NCBI GenBank assembly: GCA_003942085.1
Contig: DQIQ01000002.1
Span: 898-64,897, forward strand
DNA: 64,000 bases
Origin: Thermoplasmata archaeon
GTDB taxonomy: Archaea; Thermoplasmatota; E2; DHVEG-1
Direction of reading: 5' to 3'
Both the position numbers and the translations under genes were made by a program. The first letter of the stretch is position 1; each line of letters begins with the position of its first letter. A model generated the notes under the pieces. It ran no database searches. It was not told the DNA's origin and saw nothing but the letters and a program-made list of their open reading frames with translations. This document shows positions 1-11,623 of the stretch, one piece after another.

Positions 1-476
1 TTATGAGTCTGTTTGATCAACTGACCCCCGACACTCTGGTTTTCATCGACGATCAACACTGATGCCCCCTGTGTCGCACACTCGATAGCTGCGCAAAGGC
101 CAGCTGGACCAGCGCCAACAACCAGGACATCCACCTCAAGCGTCTTTTTAGGTTCACCATAGAACGTAGCATCAGGTAACTCAGCTAGTTTTTCCTGCAT
201 CTCGACGAGGATCCCTTCTTTCAGAGGCGCAATACATGTCCGAACGTTGGGCACACCATTTACCCTCATCAGACACGAAGAGCATTTCCCAATACCACAA
301 AAAAAACCACGAGGGCTCCCATATTTCAGACTCTTTGTCAGCGTCCGCACCCCTGCCGCATGCAACGCAGAGGCGATCGTATCACCCTGCTCACCATTTA
401 TCTTCTTTTTTTGAAAATAAAAAGGAAGCTCCTTTCTTTTCTTAAAATCAATAATGGGATGAGATCGTATGCGCAC
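1..476 (-). CDS. 2Fe-2S + FAD-dependent pyridine-nucleotide-disulfide oxidoreductase (sarcosine oxidase alpha / proline dehydrogenase alpha-like); N-terminal part, gene runs off the window
   Basis: Manual minus-strand translation from GTG at 476-474 gives MRIRSHPIIDF...GFFCGIGKCSSCLMRVNGVPNVRTCIAP (2Fe-2S-type Cys cluster), then VLVVGAGPAGLCAAIECATQGASVLIVDEN (GxGxxG FAD fold). It is absent from the ORF track because the window edge truncates it. Confidence 0.7.
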   Translation of the reverse strand, partial: MRIRSHPIIDFKKRKELPFYFQKKKINGEQGDTIASALHAAGVRTLTKSLKYGSPRGFFCGIGKCSSCLMRVNGVPNVRTCIAPLKEGILVEMQEKLAELPDATFYGEPKKTLEVDVLVVGAGPAGLCAAIECATQGASVLIVDENQSVGGQLIKQTH

Positions 477-540
477 ACAACGCCCCCTACCATCCTGGAA
501 TACAACACCCTTTAAAAGTATTACCTACAGGAGAGATATC

Positions 541-966
541 CTAAACGATTTGAACATCTTTTATCCGATGATGACGCTGCGCCATCTTCCGGATCATATT
601 GATATTCCGTCCGCCTTTCCCGATCAGCTTTGACTTATCACGCGGGTTTACCTCGATGCGTGCCACGCTTGCATCATCTGAGCCCTCAAAGCTGACTTTG
701 GTCACCTCATAGGGTTTGCAGAGGTTGGCGACAAACCTTGCTTTATCATCATCATATTCGACGAACTTTACGCTTTTCTTAAAAAGCGACCGGAGTTTTT
801 CCAGGTTCTTTGCTTTACTCCCGATAGCAATCCCGAGCTGTCCTTTTTCAACAATAAATATGACACGGTCGTCCTCGACGACACAGTCTCTGATGCCTGC
901 CCCGGAATGCTGCGATGCAAGGTTGATATACTGGACGGTCTCATTCGAAAGGGTTATCTCTGCCAT
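541..966 (-). CDS. nusA: archaeal NusA-type transcription factor (KH domains)
   Basis: 141-aa ORF with KH GxxG motif LIGKGGRNINMIRK. It sits at the end of the conserved archaeal rpoH-B-A'-A''-L30e-NusA operon. Confidence 0.85.
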   Translation of the reverse strand: MAEITLSNETVQYINLASQHSGAGIRDCVVEDDRVIFIVEKGQLGIAIGSKAKNLEKLRSLFKKSVKFVEYDDDKARFVANLCKPYEVTKVSFEGSDDASVARIEVNPRDKSKLIGKGGRNINMIRKMAQRHHRIKDVQIV

Positions 967-973
967 TCTAACC

Positions 974-1276
974 TTATTTCCTTTTTTTGACCAGTGCTAG
1001 GATGTTTGATTCCCCTTCCTGGAGCACTGCAAAGCTGGCGACCGCATAGTTCTTCCCGCAGGTGTACCCAAGATCGACACCAGTGGACGTATAATTGTAC
1101 ACCGGTATTTTATTTTCAGCGACAAGAGCAGTAATGTCTTGGGCGTACGGGCAGTTATTGGCCATGACCACAAGTTTTGCCGTGCCTTTCTTGATCGATG
1201 CCTTCGTCTGTTTTTCACCAATGATGATCGTCCCTTTCTTCGCTACGTCCTTTAACGCTTTGTTTACATCTACCAT
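974..1276 (-). CDS. rpl30e: 50S ribosomal protein L30e
   Basis: 100-aa ORF (KKGTIIIGEKQTKASIKKGTAKLVVMANNCP...) typical of L30e/L7Ae-fold proteins. It abuts the rpoA2 stop codon. Confidence 0.9.
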   Translation of the reverse strand: MVDVNKALKDVAKKGTIIIGEKQTKASIKKGTAKLVVMANNCPYAQDITALVAENKIPVYNYTSTGVDLGYTCGKNYAVASFAVLQEGESNILALVKKRK

Positions 1277-2734
1277 TTACTTTCCCTTCTGTTTCGGTTT
1301 TTTTGTATTCATGACAAGTTCAATCGCACCAGTCCCTAGGTTTACCGGTTGTCCAACGATGATGTTCTCCGCGACACCATTGAGCTCATCTGATTCTCCG
1401 CGCTGACTGGCCAGCAGAAGATGATTCACGGTGATTTCAAAGGCTGCCCTTGAAAGAACCGAGCTTTTCTCACCACTGACCCCATGCCGGCCGATAGCCC
1501 GCACGGTCCCATCAGCGGTCATCACATCAGCAACAAGCATGATATGTCGCATATCGACGTTCAACCCCTGCTCTGACAATGTGGAATACGCCTCTTGAAT
1601 GATCATGTTTCGTGCTGCCTCAATACCGAGCTCCCGCGCGATCGCATGGATGTCGTTGGTGGTCACCCGATAAGGATCGACCCCTTCGATGTCTAAGACT
1701 TCTTTCAGATTACTGCCTTCACTGTAGATAACGTATCCTTCGTTGGGTTCTTTTCGGATGATGACTCTTTTGATTCCATCGATTCCCTTGATTTTCAGAT
1801 TCTTCAGCGTCTCATTGGTGTTCTGCAGTATCTTATAGCCGGGTTCATCTAAGGTTACCTTCACGACATCTTTTTCAACTCTTGCCGTGAGCTTTCGCAC
1901 CGACTGCACCCGTTCTAAAAGATCATCAATGATGATTCCTTTTTTCTCCATCGTCTTCTTGTTTGGTTTAATGGAAATGTTGATGTTCACCAGATCCATT
2001 TCGATATCGGCAACATCAGTAAGTCGGGTTATCTCAATTTTATTGGCAATTTCCTTTGCTAAATCCGGGTTCACCCGGTACTCATCCCGGAGATAAATGT
2101 TCATCATCGGAGTCGAAGGGGTAGACCTGGCATCCACGATTTCAATGAGCCGTGGCAGCCCAAGGGTAACGTTGATTTCTGCGACACCAGCGTAGTGAAA
2201 AGTCCTCATCGTCATCTGAGTACCCGGTTCTCCGATGCTCTGCGCACCGATCATGCCGCATGCCTCAGTGGGGTCTATACGGTTCTTCCCGTACTCCTCA
2301 AGTGCTTTGTCAACGATGTATTTTAGTTTACTTTCAAGTTTTTTATCCTTTGCAGCACGCTCCACGATACCGTCGATAATGGAGATTGGAAGGTAATGAT
2401 TTTTCTGCAGTTTGTTGACTTCAGCTCGTATCGGTTTGTATTCTTTTGGCTCAATATCGATCTTTACTGGCGGAGGAACAAACATGCGCTCCGGTTCTTT
2501 TTTCTTTTCAGCCACTACCTTTTCTTTTTTTGCTTCCGCTTGTTTTTTCTTCTCAGGGACGCCCTCAGGTTTCTTTGTTTTTTGTGCAACTGGCGGGCTT
2601 TTGGTTTTTGCAGCTGCTGTTATTGTTTGTTTCTTTGTTTTTGCAGGAATGATCTTTGGTTTAACGACTGCCACTGGTTTTTTCTTCTCAGTTTTTTTTG
2701 GTGCGATCTTCTTTTTTGGGACTGGTTTTGCCAT
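1277..2734 (-). CDS. rpoA2: DNA-directed RNA polymerase subunit A'' with a ~95-aa Lys/Pro/Ala-rich N-terminal extension
   Basis: 485-aa ORF. The C-terminal ~390 aa carry RNAP largest-subunit C-terminal motifs ([39 protein letters not shown]). It lies directly downstream of rpoA1. Confidence 0.95.
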   Translation of the reverse strand: MAKPVPKKKIAPKKTEKKKPVAVVKPKIIPAKTKKQTITAAAKTKSPPVAQKTKKPEGVPEKKKQAEAKKEKVVAEKKKEPERMFVPPPVKIDIEPKEYKPIRAEVNKLQKNHYLPISIIDGIVERAAKDKKLESKLKYIVDKALEEYGKNRIDPTEACGMIGAQSIGEPGTQMTMRTFHYAGVAEINVTLGLPRLIEIVDARSTPSTPMMNIYLRDEYRVNPDLAKEIANKIEITRLTDVADIEMDLVNINISIKPNKKTMEKKGIIIDDLLERVQSVRKLTARVEKDVVKVTLDEPGYKILQNTNETLKNLKIKGIDGIKRVIIRKEPNEGYVIYSEGSNLKEVLDIEGVDPYRVTTNDIHAIARELGIEAARNMIIQEAYSTLSEQGLNVDMRHIMLVADVMTADGTVRAIGRHGVSGEKSSVLSRAAFEITVNHLLLASQRGESDELNGVAENIIVGQPVNLGTGAIELVMNTKKPKQKGK

Positions 2735-2738
2735 TGGC

Positions 2739-5405
2739 TCATCCCTCCTGCTTCACATCATAAAAGATCCGATCAAGGTCCACTGCTTTTCCTGTCGTGC
2801 TCCGCGTAGGGTCAACCCCGTCGTCACCATACTTGAATTGGATGATTTCTCCACCAGTGTGCCGCACGGTTCCGTCGCTTTCTACTTTAAGGTCTTCTAA
2901 GGCGTTGACCAGACGACGCTGCATGTACCCTGATCGAGAGGTTCGCACTGCGGTATCTACTAACCCTTCACGACCTCCCATCGAATGGAAGAAATATTCA
3001 GTCGGATTAAGCCCGCTTTTGTAACTATTGGCAACGAATCCTTTTGCACTGGCACCCAGGTCCCCTTTTTTGAAATGCGGCAGCGTCCGGTATTTGTATC
3101 CCCGGGAGATCCGTTCTCCTCTGACCGCCTGCTGCCCGACACACCCTGACATCTGAGAAAGGTTCAACATGGACCCTCTGGCACCTGATTTTGCCATGAT
3201 GACCGCGCTGTTGTTCAACCCCAGGTATTTACTTGCGATTTCACCAGCCATGTCTCTTGCGCGACCGGTGACACGCATGATCTCCATCTCCAATGTTTCT
3301 TCCAGGCTTCGACCAGGCAGGGACTCAAGTTCCCCATGCTCATACGCAGTGACTAGCGTGTTGATCTTGTTCTGTGCTTTCTGCAGTCCTTCCCCAATCT
3401 GTCGTTTTGCTTCTATCGGAATGTCCTCATCATCGATACTGGTCGTAAACCCAATAACCGTGACTACTGCGATCCCCATTCGGGTGACATCATCGATAAA
3501 GAGTCGGCCGCCAGCTGTCCCATGATCTCTGATGATCCGCTCGACGATCCTACCTTTGAACGACCCGATGCTGTTCTCATCAACGATCCCTTGTTTCAAT
3601 TTGCCGTTTTTCACGATCACATACGCACCATGCGGACAGTCCGCGCCCACACAAGTATCACAGTGGAAGCATGCTTTCGCTTTATACTCGATGTTGAGAT
3701 CCTTTGGCAGCAGCACGCTGAAGATATCTTTTCCATACACGACGGTTTCCCCGTTTTCCTCATGGGTCTCCGGGAATTTACCCTTATATTTAAACGTGGA
3801 GAGTATCTCAGAGGTTTTCTCCTTTGAAAATGTTTTATCTTTGTAGGTGAGCAGGAAACAGCCTGAGATATGGTCATGCAGCCCGCCGATGATGATTCCA
3901 CCAAAACGAGGCGACATCAGGTTCTCCTGTACTTTCATGAGGATCTCAGCTTCAGCTTTCGCCTCTTCCCCTTGCAGGAGATGCAGGTTCATCTCATCGC
4001 CATCAAAATCAGCGTTATACGGTGGACAGACTGAAAGGTTGAATCGGAATGACCGGTTCGGCATGACTTTGATCCGATGCGCCATCATCGACATACGATG
4101 CAAGGATGGCTGACGGTTGAACAACGCGATATCGCCGTCCATCAGCTGCCGTTCGATGATGAAACCAAGTTCAAGTTTCTCTGAGATGTCATCAGCATTT
4201 TTCTCGGTGACCTTCATGCGTTGTTCCACGCCTTCACGGAATCGTTTCACGTAGTTTACATGAGGCCGGTAGGCATCACCGGGTTTTTCTCCCTGAGCGG
4301 TTTGTTTAATGAGTTTTTTGCACCATTCAAGGTTCTGGGTCGTGGTCCGAACTGGAACGGTGAGTTCTCGGGCGATCTCCGCTGGAACCCCGATTTCATT
4401 GATACTGAGATTAGGGTCAGGGGAAATAACGGTTCTGGCAGAAAAATTTACACGTTTACCGGATAGATTGCTTCTGAATCTCCCTTCTTTTCCCTTCAGT
4501 CGCTGTGCAAGGGTCTTGAGTGGCCGTCCTGATCGATGTCGCGCTGGTGGAATACCTGATGTTTGATTATCCAGATACGTCGTAATATGGTACTGGAGCA
4601 GCTCCCAGAGGTCTTCGACAATCAACTGAGGAGCTCCTGCGTCCCTGTTTTCCTGCAGCCGCTGGTTGATCCTGATCACATCGACAAGCTTGTGGGTAAG
4701 GTCATCTTCGGATCGTTCACCCGACTCCAGGGTAACCGATGGTCGGACTGTGACCGGTGGAACCGGCAGGACTGTAAGAACCATCCATTCTGGCCGCGCA
4801 GAATGTACATTAATATCTAATAACGGAAGGTCTTCGTCAGGGATCTTTTCAAGCCACTCTCGGATCTCAGTTGGCGTGAGCTTCTTGCCGTTCTCCCTAA
4901 ACGACGTGGGTTTATCAAGATCTATTTTCCCGCTCATTGCTCCACACCGTGGGCAGGCTTCGGTTTTCACTGCACCACTGATGATCATTTTAAACACATA
5001 GGCGTTATCGCGCCCTTCTGAAGCGTTTTTTATAATGGTTTTACGGTGCTCCTCCAACTCTCGGTCGGTGAGAAGGATACGACCGCATTTCCGACAGGTC
5101 GCCCGCAGCGAATTACGGATAGTTTTTACAAACCCGACATGGATGACCGGCATAGCTAGATCGATATGTCCGAAATGCCCTGGACATTTATCTTTTCCGA
5201 CCTTCAGTCCGCAGGTCTTACAGCGCAACCCTGGTTCAATGACACTCAGACGCTGATCCATCAGCCCCATCGTGATAGGAAAACCGTCATCGTCGTAGGT
5301 ATCAGCAGTGATGACCTTTGTTGCACTCATCTTACGGATCTCAGTTGGTGAAAGCACTGAGAATTCCAACGCCCCGATCTTTTTTGTGATATTTCGTCCC
5401 GCCAT
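2739..5405 (-). CDS. rpoA1: DNA-directed RNA polymerase subunit A'
   Basis: 888-aa ORF with Zn-ribbon [19 protein letters not shown] and catalytic [12 protein letters not shown] motif. Confidence 0.97.
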   Translation of the reverse strand: MAGRNITKKIGALEFSVLSPTEIRKMSATKVITADTYDDDGFPITMGLMDQRLSVIEPGLRCKTCGLKVGKDKCPGHFGHIDLAMPVIHVGFVKTIRNSLRATCRKCGRILLTDRELEEHRKTIIKNASEGRDNAYVFKMIISGAVKTEACPRCGAMSGKIDLDKPTSFRENGKKLTPTEIREWLEKIPDEDLPLLDINVHSARPEWMVLTVLPVPPVTVRPSVTLESGERSEDDLTHKLVDVIRINQRLQENRDAGAPQLIVEDLWELLQYHITTYLDNQTSGIPPARHRSGRPLKTLAQRLKGKEGRFRSNLSGKRVNFSARTVISPDPNLSINEIGVPAEIARELTVPVRTTTQNLEWCKKLIKQTAQGEKPGDAYRPHVNYVKRFREGVEQRMKVTEKNADDISEKLELGFIIERQLMDGDIALFNRQPSLHRMSMMAHRIKVMPNRSFRFNLSVCPPYNADFDGDEMNLHLLQGEEAKAEAEILMKVQENLMSPRFGGIIIGGLHDHISGCFLLTYKDKTFSKEKTSEILSTFKYKGKFPETHEENGETVVYGKDIFSVLLPKDLNIEYKAKACFHCDTCVGADCPHGAYVIVKNGKLKQGIVDENSIGSFKGRIVERIIRDHGTAGGRLFIDDVTRMGIAVVTVIGFTTSIDDEDIPIEAKRQIGEGLQKAQNKINTLVTAYEHGELESLPGRSLEETLEMEIMRVTGRARDMAGEIASKYLGLNNSAVIMAKSGARGSMLNLSQMSGCVGQQAVRGERISRGYKYRTLPHFKKGDLGASAKGFVANSYKSGLNPTEYFFHSMGGREGLVDTAVRTSRSGYMQRRLVNALEDLKVESDGTVRHTGGEIIQFKYGDDGVDPTRSTTGKAVDLDRIFYDVKQEG

Positions 5406-5417
5406 TTCTTTTGCCCC

Positions 5418-8400
5418 CTACACCAATGACTCAAGTTTAATCCGTGGTACAACCACAAGAGATTTCAACTCATCAATCAGTAACTTGAACGCGTAGCTCA
5501 TCTCCACCGGATGAATGTCTGCTTTATCACCACAGATGGAACAATGCAGCCGACCATGACGGTCGATCATTGCGATATGACCACACGTGTTGCAGACATA
5601 CTTCATCGTGATATCTGATTCATCCAACAATCGGTCTTTGATGACCATGGATGCCCCATGACCAATGAGACAGTCTCGTTCCATTTCTCCGAACCGCAAA
5701 CCACCTTCTCGTGCTCGACCCTCGGTTGGTTGTCGCGTGAGGATCTGCACTGGTCCTCGTGATCTTGCATGGATCTTCCCAGCGACCATATGATGAAGCT
5801 TCTGATAGAAGATGCATCCGACAAAAATATCGCATTCCAGTGGCCGTCCCGTGAGCCCATCATAGAAGATTTCTTTTCCCGCGTGATTAAAACCATTTTT
5901 CACCAGTGCTGCTCTGAGTTGTTCTTCTGCTTCGCCGCTAAACGCGGTGCCATCGACGATGCGTCCTTCAAGTGATCCGACTTTTCCACCGATCATCTCC
6001 AGCACATGCGCAACCGTCATCCTTGAAGGGATCGCATGTGGGTTAATGATCAGATCAGGCGACATACCATCCTGTGTAAACGGCATGTTCTCCGCAGGAA
6101 CCACATAGCCAATGACTCCTTTCTGCCCATGTTTAGATGCAAACTTGTCACCAAGCTCTGGGATACGCTGCTCCCTGACCTTTATCTTGACCATCCGGGA
6201 TCCGTTCACTGACTCTGACAACATGACCTTATCAACAACACCACCTTCTCCATGTTGGACCGTAACCGAAGTCTCCCTGCGTTTCTGCGGGGTGAGAAAA
6301 TCAGTTGGTTCTTCAAGGAAACGCGGCGGTGATGTCTTCCCGATCAGCACGTCTCCGCCATCAGCACCACATTCTGGGGAAATCAGTCCATCTTCCCCTA
6401 GGTTGTTATAGGCGTCTTCACTGCGGACACCACGACAATCAGGATTCGGGATCTCAAAATGATCCTCTTGACCACCAGGATACCGTTTCTCTTCGCTGCT
6501 GTAGGTCCGAATAAAGGTGCTTCGGCCAAGTCCACGCTCGATTGATGACTTGCTCATGATCAAAGCATCTTCCATGTTATAACCCTGAAATGATGCAACC
6601 GCGACAATGTAGTTCTGCCCAGCAGGACGTTCCCTGAACTTAATGTAATGGATAGGGTGCGTCTGTACTAAAGGCATCTGAGGATAATGAAGCAGATGAC
6701 TACGGGTATCAGGTCTGATACGGTAGTTTGACGAACCAAACCCAAGCGATTGTTTTCCCATACCAGCACCCATCGTGATTCTCGGCGATGAATTATGCTC
6801 CGGATAAGGAACAAGGGATGCGCCGATCCCAAGGATGCACATCGGGTCAAGCTCCATGTGGGTATGGTCCGGGGTCAGATCCTCTTCTCTAAGTGCGATC
6901 AGAGCGTTTTCTTCTTCTTCAGCATCGATGTATTCGACAGCCCCATCGTTGATCAGATCAGACCATTTTTTCTTAGCGTCTTTTAGATCAGCAAGGTGCT
7001 TTTGATGTAACAGCAGTTTACCGTTTTCAGCGACAAGCAATGGTCGTCGCAGCCGTCCACAATCACAGTTAACGATCACATCGTTTCCTTCGATATCATA
7101 GGTGACATTGATTTCGTTACTGAGCATCCCTTTTCGTCGTCTTTCTCGAAGTTTCTTGACAAGATCAGCACCGTTCTGATGCATCCCGATAAGGTCCCCG
7201 TTCAGATACACACGGGCACCTGTCACATGTTTTGTAAGATCCTTAATACCCAGCTCCCGCAGAACCTGTTCGACTTCTTTTTCTCCGAACCCTTCTGAGA
7301 TTTCAACAGTGAGAGCGAGGTTTTTGACCAGACCACAGTTCGGTCCTTCAGGGGTTTCATTCGGACAGAGCCGTCCCCATTGGGTCGAATGCAGATCTCG
7401 AGCCTCGAAATGTGGCTGTGACCTGGTTAACGGTGAGGTGACACGCCGCAGATGACTCAGAACCGCTAGATTACTGGTTCGATCAAGAAGCTGTGAAACA
7501 CCAGCCCGGCCACCAACCCAGTTCCCCGTGGCAAGTGCATGATGAATCCGTTGACTCAGTACATCGGAGCGCAATGATGATGCGATCTTGATTTCTTTGC
7601 CTTTGGCATGGATACGCTCGATCTGATATTTTAAATCCTTGCACAACGCGGTGAATGCGACCCGGAACAGATCTTCCATGAGATCCCCGGCAAGCTTCAG
7701 CCGCTTGTTCGCATAATGGTCCTTGTCATCCTGCTCTCGTTTCCCCAGGGCAAGCTCCAGTACAGCCATACCCATACGAGCTACGAAAATAGCTTTTTTT
7801 AACCGATCATCGGGGTCGTTTCCCAGATGAGCAAGAAGATGTCGGTCCATGATTGTCTCGACACGTTTCACCCGGTACTCTTTTGCCTGACCGCCAGCAA
7901 ACTTCTTTCCTAGATATGCTACTGCTTCTTCTTTTGTAGCGATGCTGTATTCCTTGGCGCATTCCTCGATGTTTGCCAGCACGTAGGGTTCCATCTTGGG
8001 GTCGACACAGATGACATCAACGATTTCTTTATCGTTCTCCATACCTAACGATCGTAATAAAACAATCAGAGGGATCTGACCATAGGTGGTCGGTAAACTA
8101 ACCATGAGCATGCCGTCTTTTCTTTTTTCAACCACGGTCAAAGCCCGGTACCCTTCCCGTTGAGAAAACACTTTAGCAACCTCGACATCGGTTCCATATC
8201 TGCTTGACCGTTCAACAAGAACCCGGTTCGGAGCAAGATCCTCAACCGTGATCAAAACACGTTCTGTTCCGTTGCTAATGAAATACCCACCTGGGTCCAA
8301 TGGGTCTTCCTGCAGCTGCTGCAGTTCCTTTCGATAATCATCATCAGAGAACGGCCGGTCCATTTTTTCTTCTAAAACTTTTTGGGAAATGTTACACCGC

Positions 8401-8783
8401 AGTGATTTAACCATGATGGGCAGCTCACCCACACGAACCGTCTCAGGCTCGTACTCCACCTCATTTTTCACCGGGATGAACTCAAGTTCAATCGGTGCTT
8501 CATAGGTCAAGTCTCGCAGCCGTGCCTCCATCGGGGTCAGCGGCCGCTCTGTCCCATCTGCTTCTTTTACCTGAGGAAGACCGACCTTGATTTTTCCGAA
8601 CTTAATCTTATAGCCTTCTATCTCGGGGTAGATATATCCCCGCTTCATTCCTTCTTCTTCTTGACCAATGATCGTGCCATCGACGATCCGTTGCAGACGG
8701 TGCCGAAGGAAATCATCATAGGAAGCGATTTGATGGTTAACGATACTTCGCTCTTTATAAAACGCATCGACAAGTTCTCTCAT
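5418..8783 (-). CDS. rpoB: DNA-directed RNA polymerase subunit B (unsplit)
   Basis: 1121-aa single ORF with [27 protein letters not shown] and a C-terminal Zn-ribbon CNTCGHIA...CSICG. Confidence 0.97.
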   Translation of the reverse strand: MRELVDAFYKERSIVNHQIASYDDFLRHRLQRIVDGTIIGQEEEGMKRGYIYPEIEGYKIKFGKIKVGLPQVKEADGTERPLTPMEARLRDLTYEAPIELEFIPVKNEVEYEPETVRVGELPIMVKSLRCNISQKVLEEKMDRPFSDDDYRKELQQLQEDPLDPGGYFISNGTERVLITVEDLAPNRVLVERSSRYGTDVEVAKVFSQREGYRALTVVEKRKDGMLMVSLPTTYGQIPLIVLLRSLGMENDKEIVDVICVDPKMEPYVLANIEECAKEYSIATKEEAVAYLGKKFAGGQAKEYRVKRVETIMDRHLLAHLGNDPDDRLKKAIFVARMGMAVLELALGKREQDDKDHYANKRLKLAGDLMEDLFRVAFTALCKDLKYQIERIHAKGKEIKIASSLRSDVLSQRIHHALATGNWVGGRAGVSQLLDRTSNLAVLSHLRRVTSPLTRSQPHFEARDLHSTQWGRLCPNETPEGPNCGLVKNLALTVEISEGFGEKEVEQVLRELGIKDLTKHVTGARVYLNGDLIGMHQNGADLVKKLRERRRKGMLSNEINVTYDIEGNDVIVNCDCGRLRRPLLVAENGKLLLHQKHLADLKDAKKKWSDLINDGAVEYIDAEEEENALIALREEDLTPDHTHMELDPMCILGIGASLVPYPEHNSSPRITMGAGMGKQSLGFGSSNYRIRPDTRSHLLHYPQMPLVQTHPIHYIKFRERPAGQNYIVAVASFQGYNMEDALIMSKSSIERGLGRSTFIRTYSSEEKRYPGGQEDHFEIPNPDCRGVRSEDAYNNLGEDGLISPECGADGGDVLIGKTSPPRFLEEPTDFLTPQKRRETSVTVQHGEGGVVDKVMLSESVNGSRMVKIKVREQRIPELGDKFASKHGQKGVIGYVVPAENMPFTQDGMSPDLIINPHAIPSRMTVAHVLEMIGGKVGSLEGRIVDGTAFSGEAEEQLRAALVKNGFNHAGKEIFYDGLTGRPLECDIFVGCIFYQKLHHMVAGKIHARSRGPVQILTRQPTEGRAREGGLRFGEMERDCLIGHGASMVIKDRLLDESDITMKYVCNTCGHIAMIDRHGRLHCSICGDKADIHPVEMSYAFKLLIDELKSLVVVPRIKLESLV

Positions 8784-8807
8784 AAATACTCCTCATATTC
8801 CCCTTTT

Positions 8808-9098
8808 CTATATCTCTTCGCTCGGTGTACTAAATTCTTCAGATGGCTCAGCAAAGACAAAACTCTCGGAGGTATCACTCTCAACAACTAACCGATATGC
8901 AGTGGCATATTTCGCAGTAGGACTTTTCCTGATGATTTTGACGATTTGACCGGGTTTTGCTCCCGTAGAAATGACTGCTGGATCATTTGTCAGAATACGT
9001 GGCAGTTGATCGGGCCTGATGTTGTATTCCACCAACAGCTCCTTTTTCTCTTTCTCAGATAAAATAGTATGTTCCGGAACCAGCTTATGTCCTAAGAT
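8808..9098 (-). CDS. rpoH: DNA-directed RNA polymerase subunit H (start codon uncertain)
   Basis: The track ORF 8808..9035 (TTG start) encodes YNIRPDQLPRI...GAKPGQIVKIIRKSPTA...YRLVV. The same frame stays open upstream and encodes the conserved RpoH N-terminus HKLVPEHTILSEKEKKELL (His codon at 9089-9087). No ATG/GTG/TTG lies upstream of it. The 9098 end is a provisional ATC codon. Confidence 0.8.
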   Translation of the reverse strand: MLGHKLVPEHTILSEKEKKELLVEYNIRPDQLPRILTNDPAVISTGAKPGQIVKIIRKSPTAKYATAYRLVVESDTSESFVFAEPSEEFSTPSEEI

Positions 9099-9162
9099 GT
9101 CGTAATATTTTTTTGGCGGGGCTGCGATACTACATTCCTCCTGCGTTCCTTTTGAGGAAAGG

Positions 9163-9236
9163 CGGGCCTGAAGGGATTCGAACCCTTGGCCACCTGGTTA
9201 AAAGCCAGATGCTCTACCTAGCTGAGCTACAGGCCC
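9163..9236 (-). tRNA. tRNA-Lys (anticodon UUU)
   Basis: Minus-strand sequence GGGCCTGTAGCTCAGCTAGGTAGAGCATCTGGCTTTTAACCAGGTGGCCAAGGGTTCGAATCCCTTCAGGCCCG. It has a 7-bp acceptor stem (GGGCCTG/CAGGCCC), a D-loop AGCTCAGCTAGGTAGAGC, an anticodon loop CTTTTAA and a T-arm GGGTTCGAATCCC. CC, but not a full CCA, follows the discriminator base. Confidence 0.92.
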
Positions 9237-9414
9237 ATTGATGGGCCACTGTTCCTTTGATTTTATATAGTATACGCTATATCAAGTAACATTGGAACGG
9301 CTTACCCGTAATACAATTTCCCCTATAAATAATTTTACCTCCCATCGTCCCTTAAGTTATTTGCGTTTTTCCTCAAGCAAAGATTTTAATTGACCTGCCA
9401 AATACATCACACAA

Positions 9415-10044
9415 ATGAAAATAAATGAACTATTTTATTCACTACAAGGAGAAGGAACCTTGGTCGGTACCCCTACTGTTTTTCTCAGAGCCACCGGCTG
9501 TAATTTACGATGCAACTACTGCGATACGACCTATGCCTATCAAAAAGGAAAAGAGATGAGCATCCCAGAGATAGTGGATGAAATAATAAAATTTTCATGT
9601 CCGAATGTCTGTATCACTGGGGGCGAGCCACTCTTGCAAAAAGACACACCAAAGCTGATCGAGCGTCTCCTTGAAAAAAAATATACGATATGCCTTGAGA
9701 CAAATGGAAGCATAGATATCAAAAACTTGGTGGGGAAAAAATCAGTCATGATCTCTCTTGACATCAAATGTCCCTCATCTGATTCTCATCAGCAGATGAT
9801 TATGGAGAATATATCGTATCTTTCAAAAGCTGATCAGCTAAAATTCATCATCAAAGATAAAAAAGATTACGATTACGCAAAAAAAATACTACACGAATGC
9901 CGTCCAACATGCGCCGTTTTTTTCCAGCCGGTCTGGGGCATACCACCAAAGAAACTTGCATCATGGATTCTCCACGATGCACTGCCGGTCCGCTTGTCAC
10001 TGCAACTGCATAAGGTGATATGGGGAACAAAAAGAGGAGTATAA
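9415..10044 (+). CDS. queE: 7-carboxy-7-deazaguanine synthase (radical SAM)
   Basis: 209-aa ORF with an N-terminal ELFYSLQGEG motif and a CNLRCNYCDT radical-SAM cluster motif. Confidence 0.85.
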   Translation: MKINELFYSLQGEGTLVGTPTVFLRATGCNLRCNYCDTTYAYQKGKEMSIPEIVDEIIKFSCPNVCITGGEPLLQKDTPKLIERLLEKKYTICLETNGSIDIKNLVGKKSVMISLDIKCPSSDSHQQMIMENISYLSKADQLKFIIKDKKDYDYAKKILHECRPTCAVFFQPVWGIPPKKLASWILHDALPVRLSLQLHKVIWGTKRGV

Positions 10045-10176
10045 CTTATTGTTTCGTATCGAATTTCTCTCCAGAAGAAACATGAACACAAACTATATAC
10101 ATCAAAAGTGCATTCATGGTTGAAATTGAGAGACATTAGTGAAAAAAACAGAAGAAAATATGAGGTGAAATAAAAA

Positions 10177-10899
10177 ATGCAACCATCAAATATGGCATAC
10201 GATAGAGCGATTACCGTCTTTTCCCCCGATGGACGATTGTTTCAAGTTGAATACGCACGAGAAGCGGTAAAACGTGGAACGACCACGGTCGGCGTGAAAT
10301 TTCGAGATGGTGCTATATTAATTGTAGATAAACGTATTACCTCTCGACTTATCGAACCTGATTCGATTGAGAAGATTTTCGTCATCGATGATCACATCGG
10401 ATGTGCAACCTCAGGTCTTGTTGCCGATGCGCGATCATTGATCGATAGAGCTCGATTGGACGCACAAATCAACGAGATAACCTACAGCGAGAAAATTCAG
10501 GTCCAGACACTCGTGAAACGAATCTGTGATTTCAAACAGACCTACACACAATATGGTGGTGTTCGACCGTTTGGAACCGCGTTGTTGATCGCTGGTGTTG
10601 ATCAAACCGGTGCCCGTCTGTTTTCTACAGATCCCTCAGGGGCTCTCATGGAATATAAGGCAGCCAGTGAAGGAGCGGGACGCACTGGAGCAATGGCTTA
10701 TTTCGAGGAACATTATAAAGAGAACATCACGATGGAAGAGGCTATTGATCTGGGGGTAAAAGCATTACATAAAGGAACTGAAGGAAAGCTGAATCCTGAT
10801 GCGATCGAAATTGGGATCGTGAGAAAAGGTGTGAAGTTCCATATCCTGTCCGCTGCGGAAACAAAGACCTATGTGACCAAAGCCATTGGAGGTAAATAG
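10177..10899 (+). CDS. psmA: proteasome subunit alpha
   Basis: 240-aa ORF with the [20 protein letters not shown] signature. It is the first gene of the conserved exosome superoperon. Confidence 0.95.
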   Translation: MQPSNMAYDRAITVFSPDGRLFQVEYAREAVKRGTTTVGVKFRDGAILIVDKRITSRLIEPDSIEKIFVIDDHIGCATSGLVADARSLIDRARLDAQINEITYSEKIQVQTLVKRICDFKQTYTQYGGVRPFGTALLIAGVDQTGARLFSTDPSGALMEYKAASEGAGRTGAMAYFEEHYKENITMEEAIDLGVKALHKGTEGKLNPDAIEIGIVRKGVKFHILSAAETKTYVTKAIGGK

Positions 10900-10901
10900 A
10901 G

Positions 10902-11597
10902 TTGGTTAGTCTAGAAAACGCAGTCATTGCACGCTTGCATAAAGGAGCAGATCGCTTCGAGATCCTCGTGGACCCTCATGAGGCAGAGCATATCTTGGAT
11001 GGAAAAGTCGAAAATATCCTCTCCGCTCTTGCGATCGATGCGATCTTTAGTGATTCCAAGAAAGGAACCCATGCGCCGATCGAATCACTGCAGAAGCACT
11101 TTAAGACCACGGATGTTCAAACGATAGCCAAGGAGATCATCCAGAAGGGAGAAATCCAGCTCACGACCGAGCAGCGTCACGAGATGCAGGAGCAGAAGAG
11201 GAAACGTATCGTGGATCTCATTGTGAGAAACGCGATGGACCCAAAGACGAAGATGCCGCATCCTCGGACCCGCATCGAGCTTGCAATGGATGAAGCAAAA
11301 GTACATATCGATCCCTTTAAATCGGTGAACCAGCAGATGAAAACCATCATTGAACTGCTCAGACCACTCCTGCCTATCTCAATGGAGCATGCACGGGTCT
11401 CCGTGAAGATCCCCCCTGAACATGTAGGAAAAGCATACGGCGCGGTCCGTAGCTTTGGCACCTTGGAGCGGGAGGAATGGCAGTCAGATGGTTCCTGGGT
11501 CGGTGTGGTGAATCTCCCTGCAGGCATGCAGACCGATTTTTATGACCGATTAAATACTCTCACAAAGGGAAACGTTGAAACAAGAATTTTGAAATAA
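10902..11597 (+). CDS. SBDS-family ribosome maturation protein (Sdo1)
   Basis: 231-aa ORF with a TTG start. The N-terminus LENAVIARLHKGADRFEILVDP is typical of SBDS. The position between psmA and rrp4 is conserved. Confidence 0.85.
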   Translation: MVSLENAVIARLHKGADRFEILVDPHEAEHILDGKVENILSALAIDAIFSDSKKGTHAPIESLQKHFKTTDVQTIAKEIIQKGEIQLTTEQRHEMQEQKRKRIVDLIVRNAMDPKTKMPHPRTRIELAMDEAKVHIDPFKSVNQQMKTIIELLRPLLPISMEHARVSVKIPPEHVGKAYGAVRSFGTLEREEWQSDGSWVGVVNLPAGMQTDFYDRLNTLTKGNVETRILK

Positions 11598-11623
11598 ACT
11601 AATGAAAAAGGATAATTGATTTT

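Noticed and set aside
236-445. 69-aa plus-strand ORF in the track
   Set aside because: It lies antisense to, and entirely within, the well-supported minus-strand 2Fe-2S/FAD oxidoreductase gene (1..476). Its composition is Ser/His-rich with no motif, so it is a shadow ORF.
2396-2900. 137-aa and 162-aa plus-strand ORFs rich in Phe/Leu/Cys
   Set aside because: They are the antisense reading of the Lys-rich (AAG/AAA) N-terminal tail of rpoA2 and the end of rpoA1. Poly-Phe low complexity is the expected mirror artefact.
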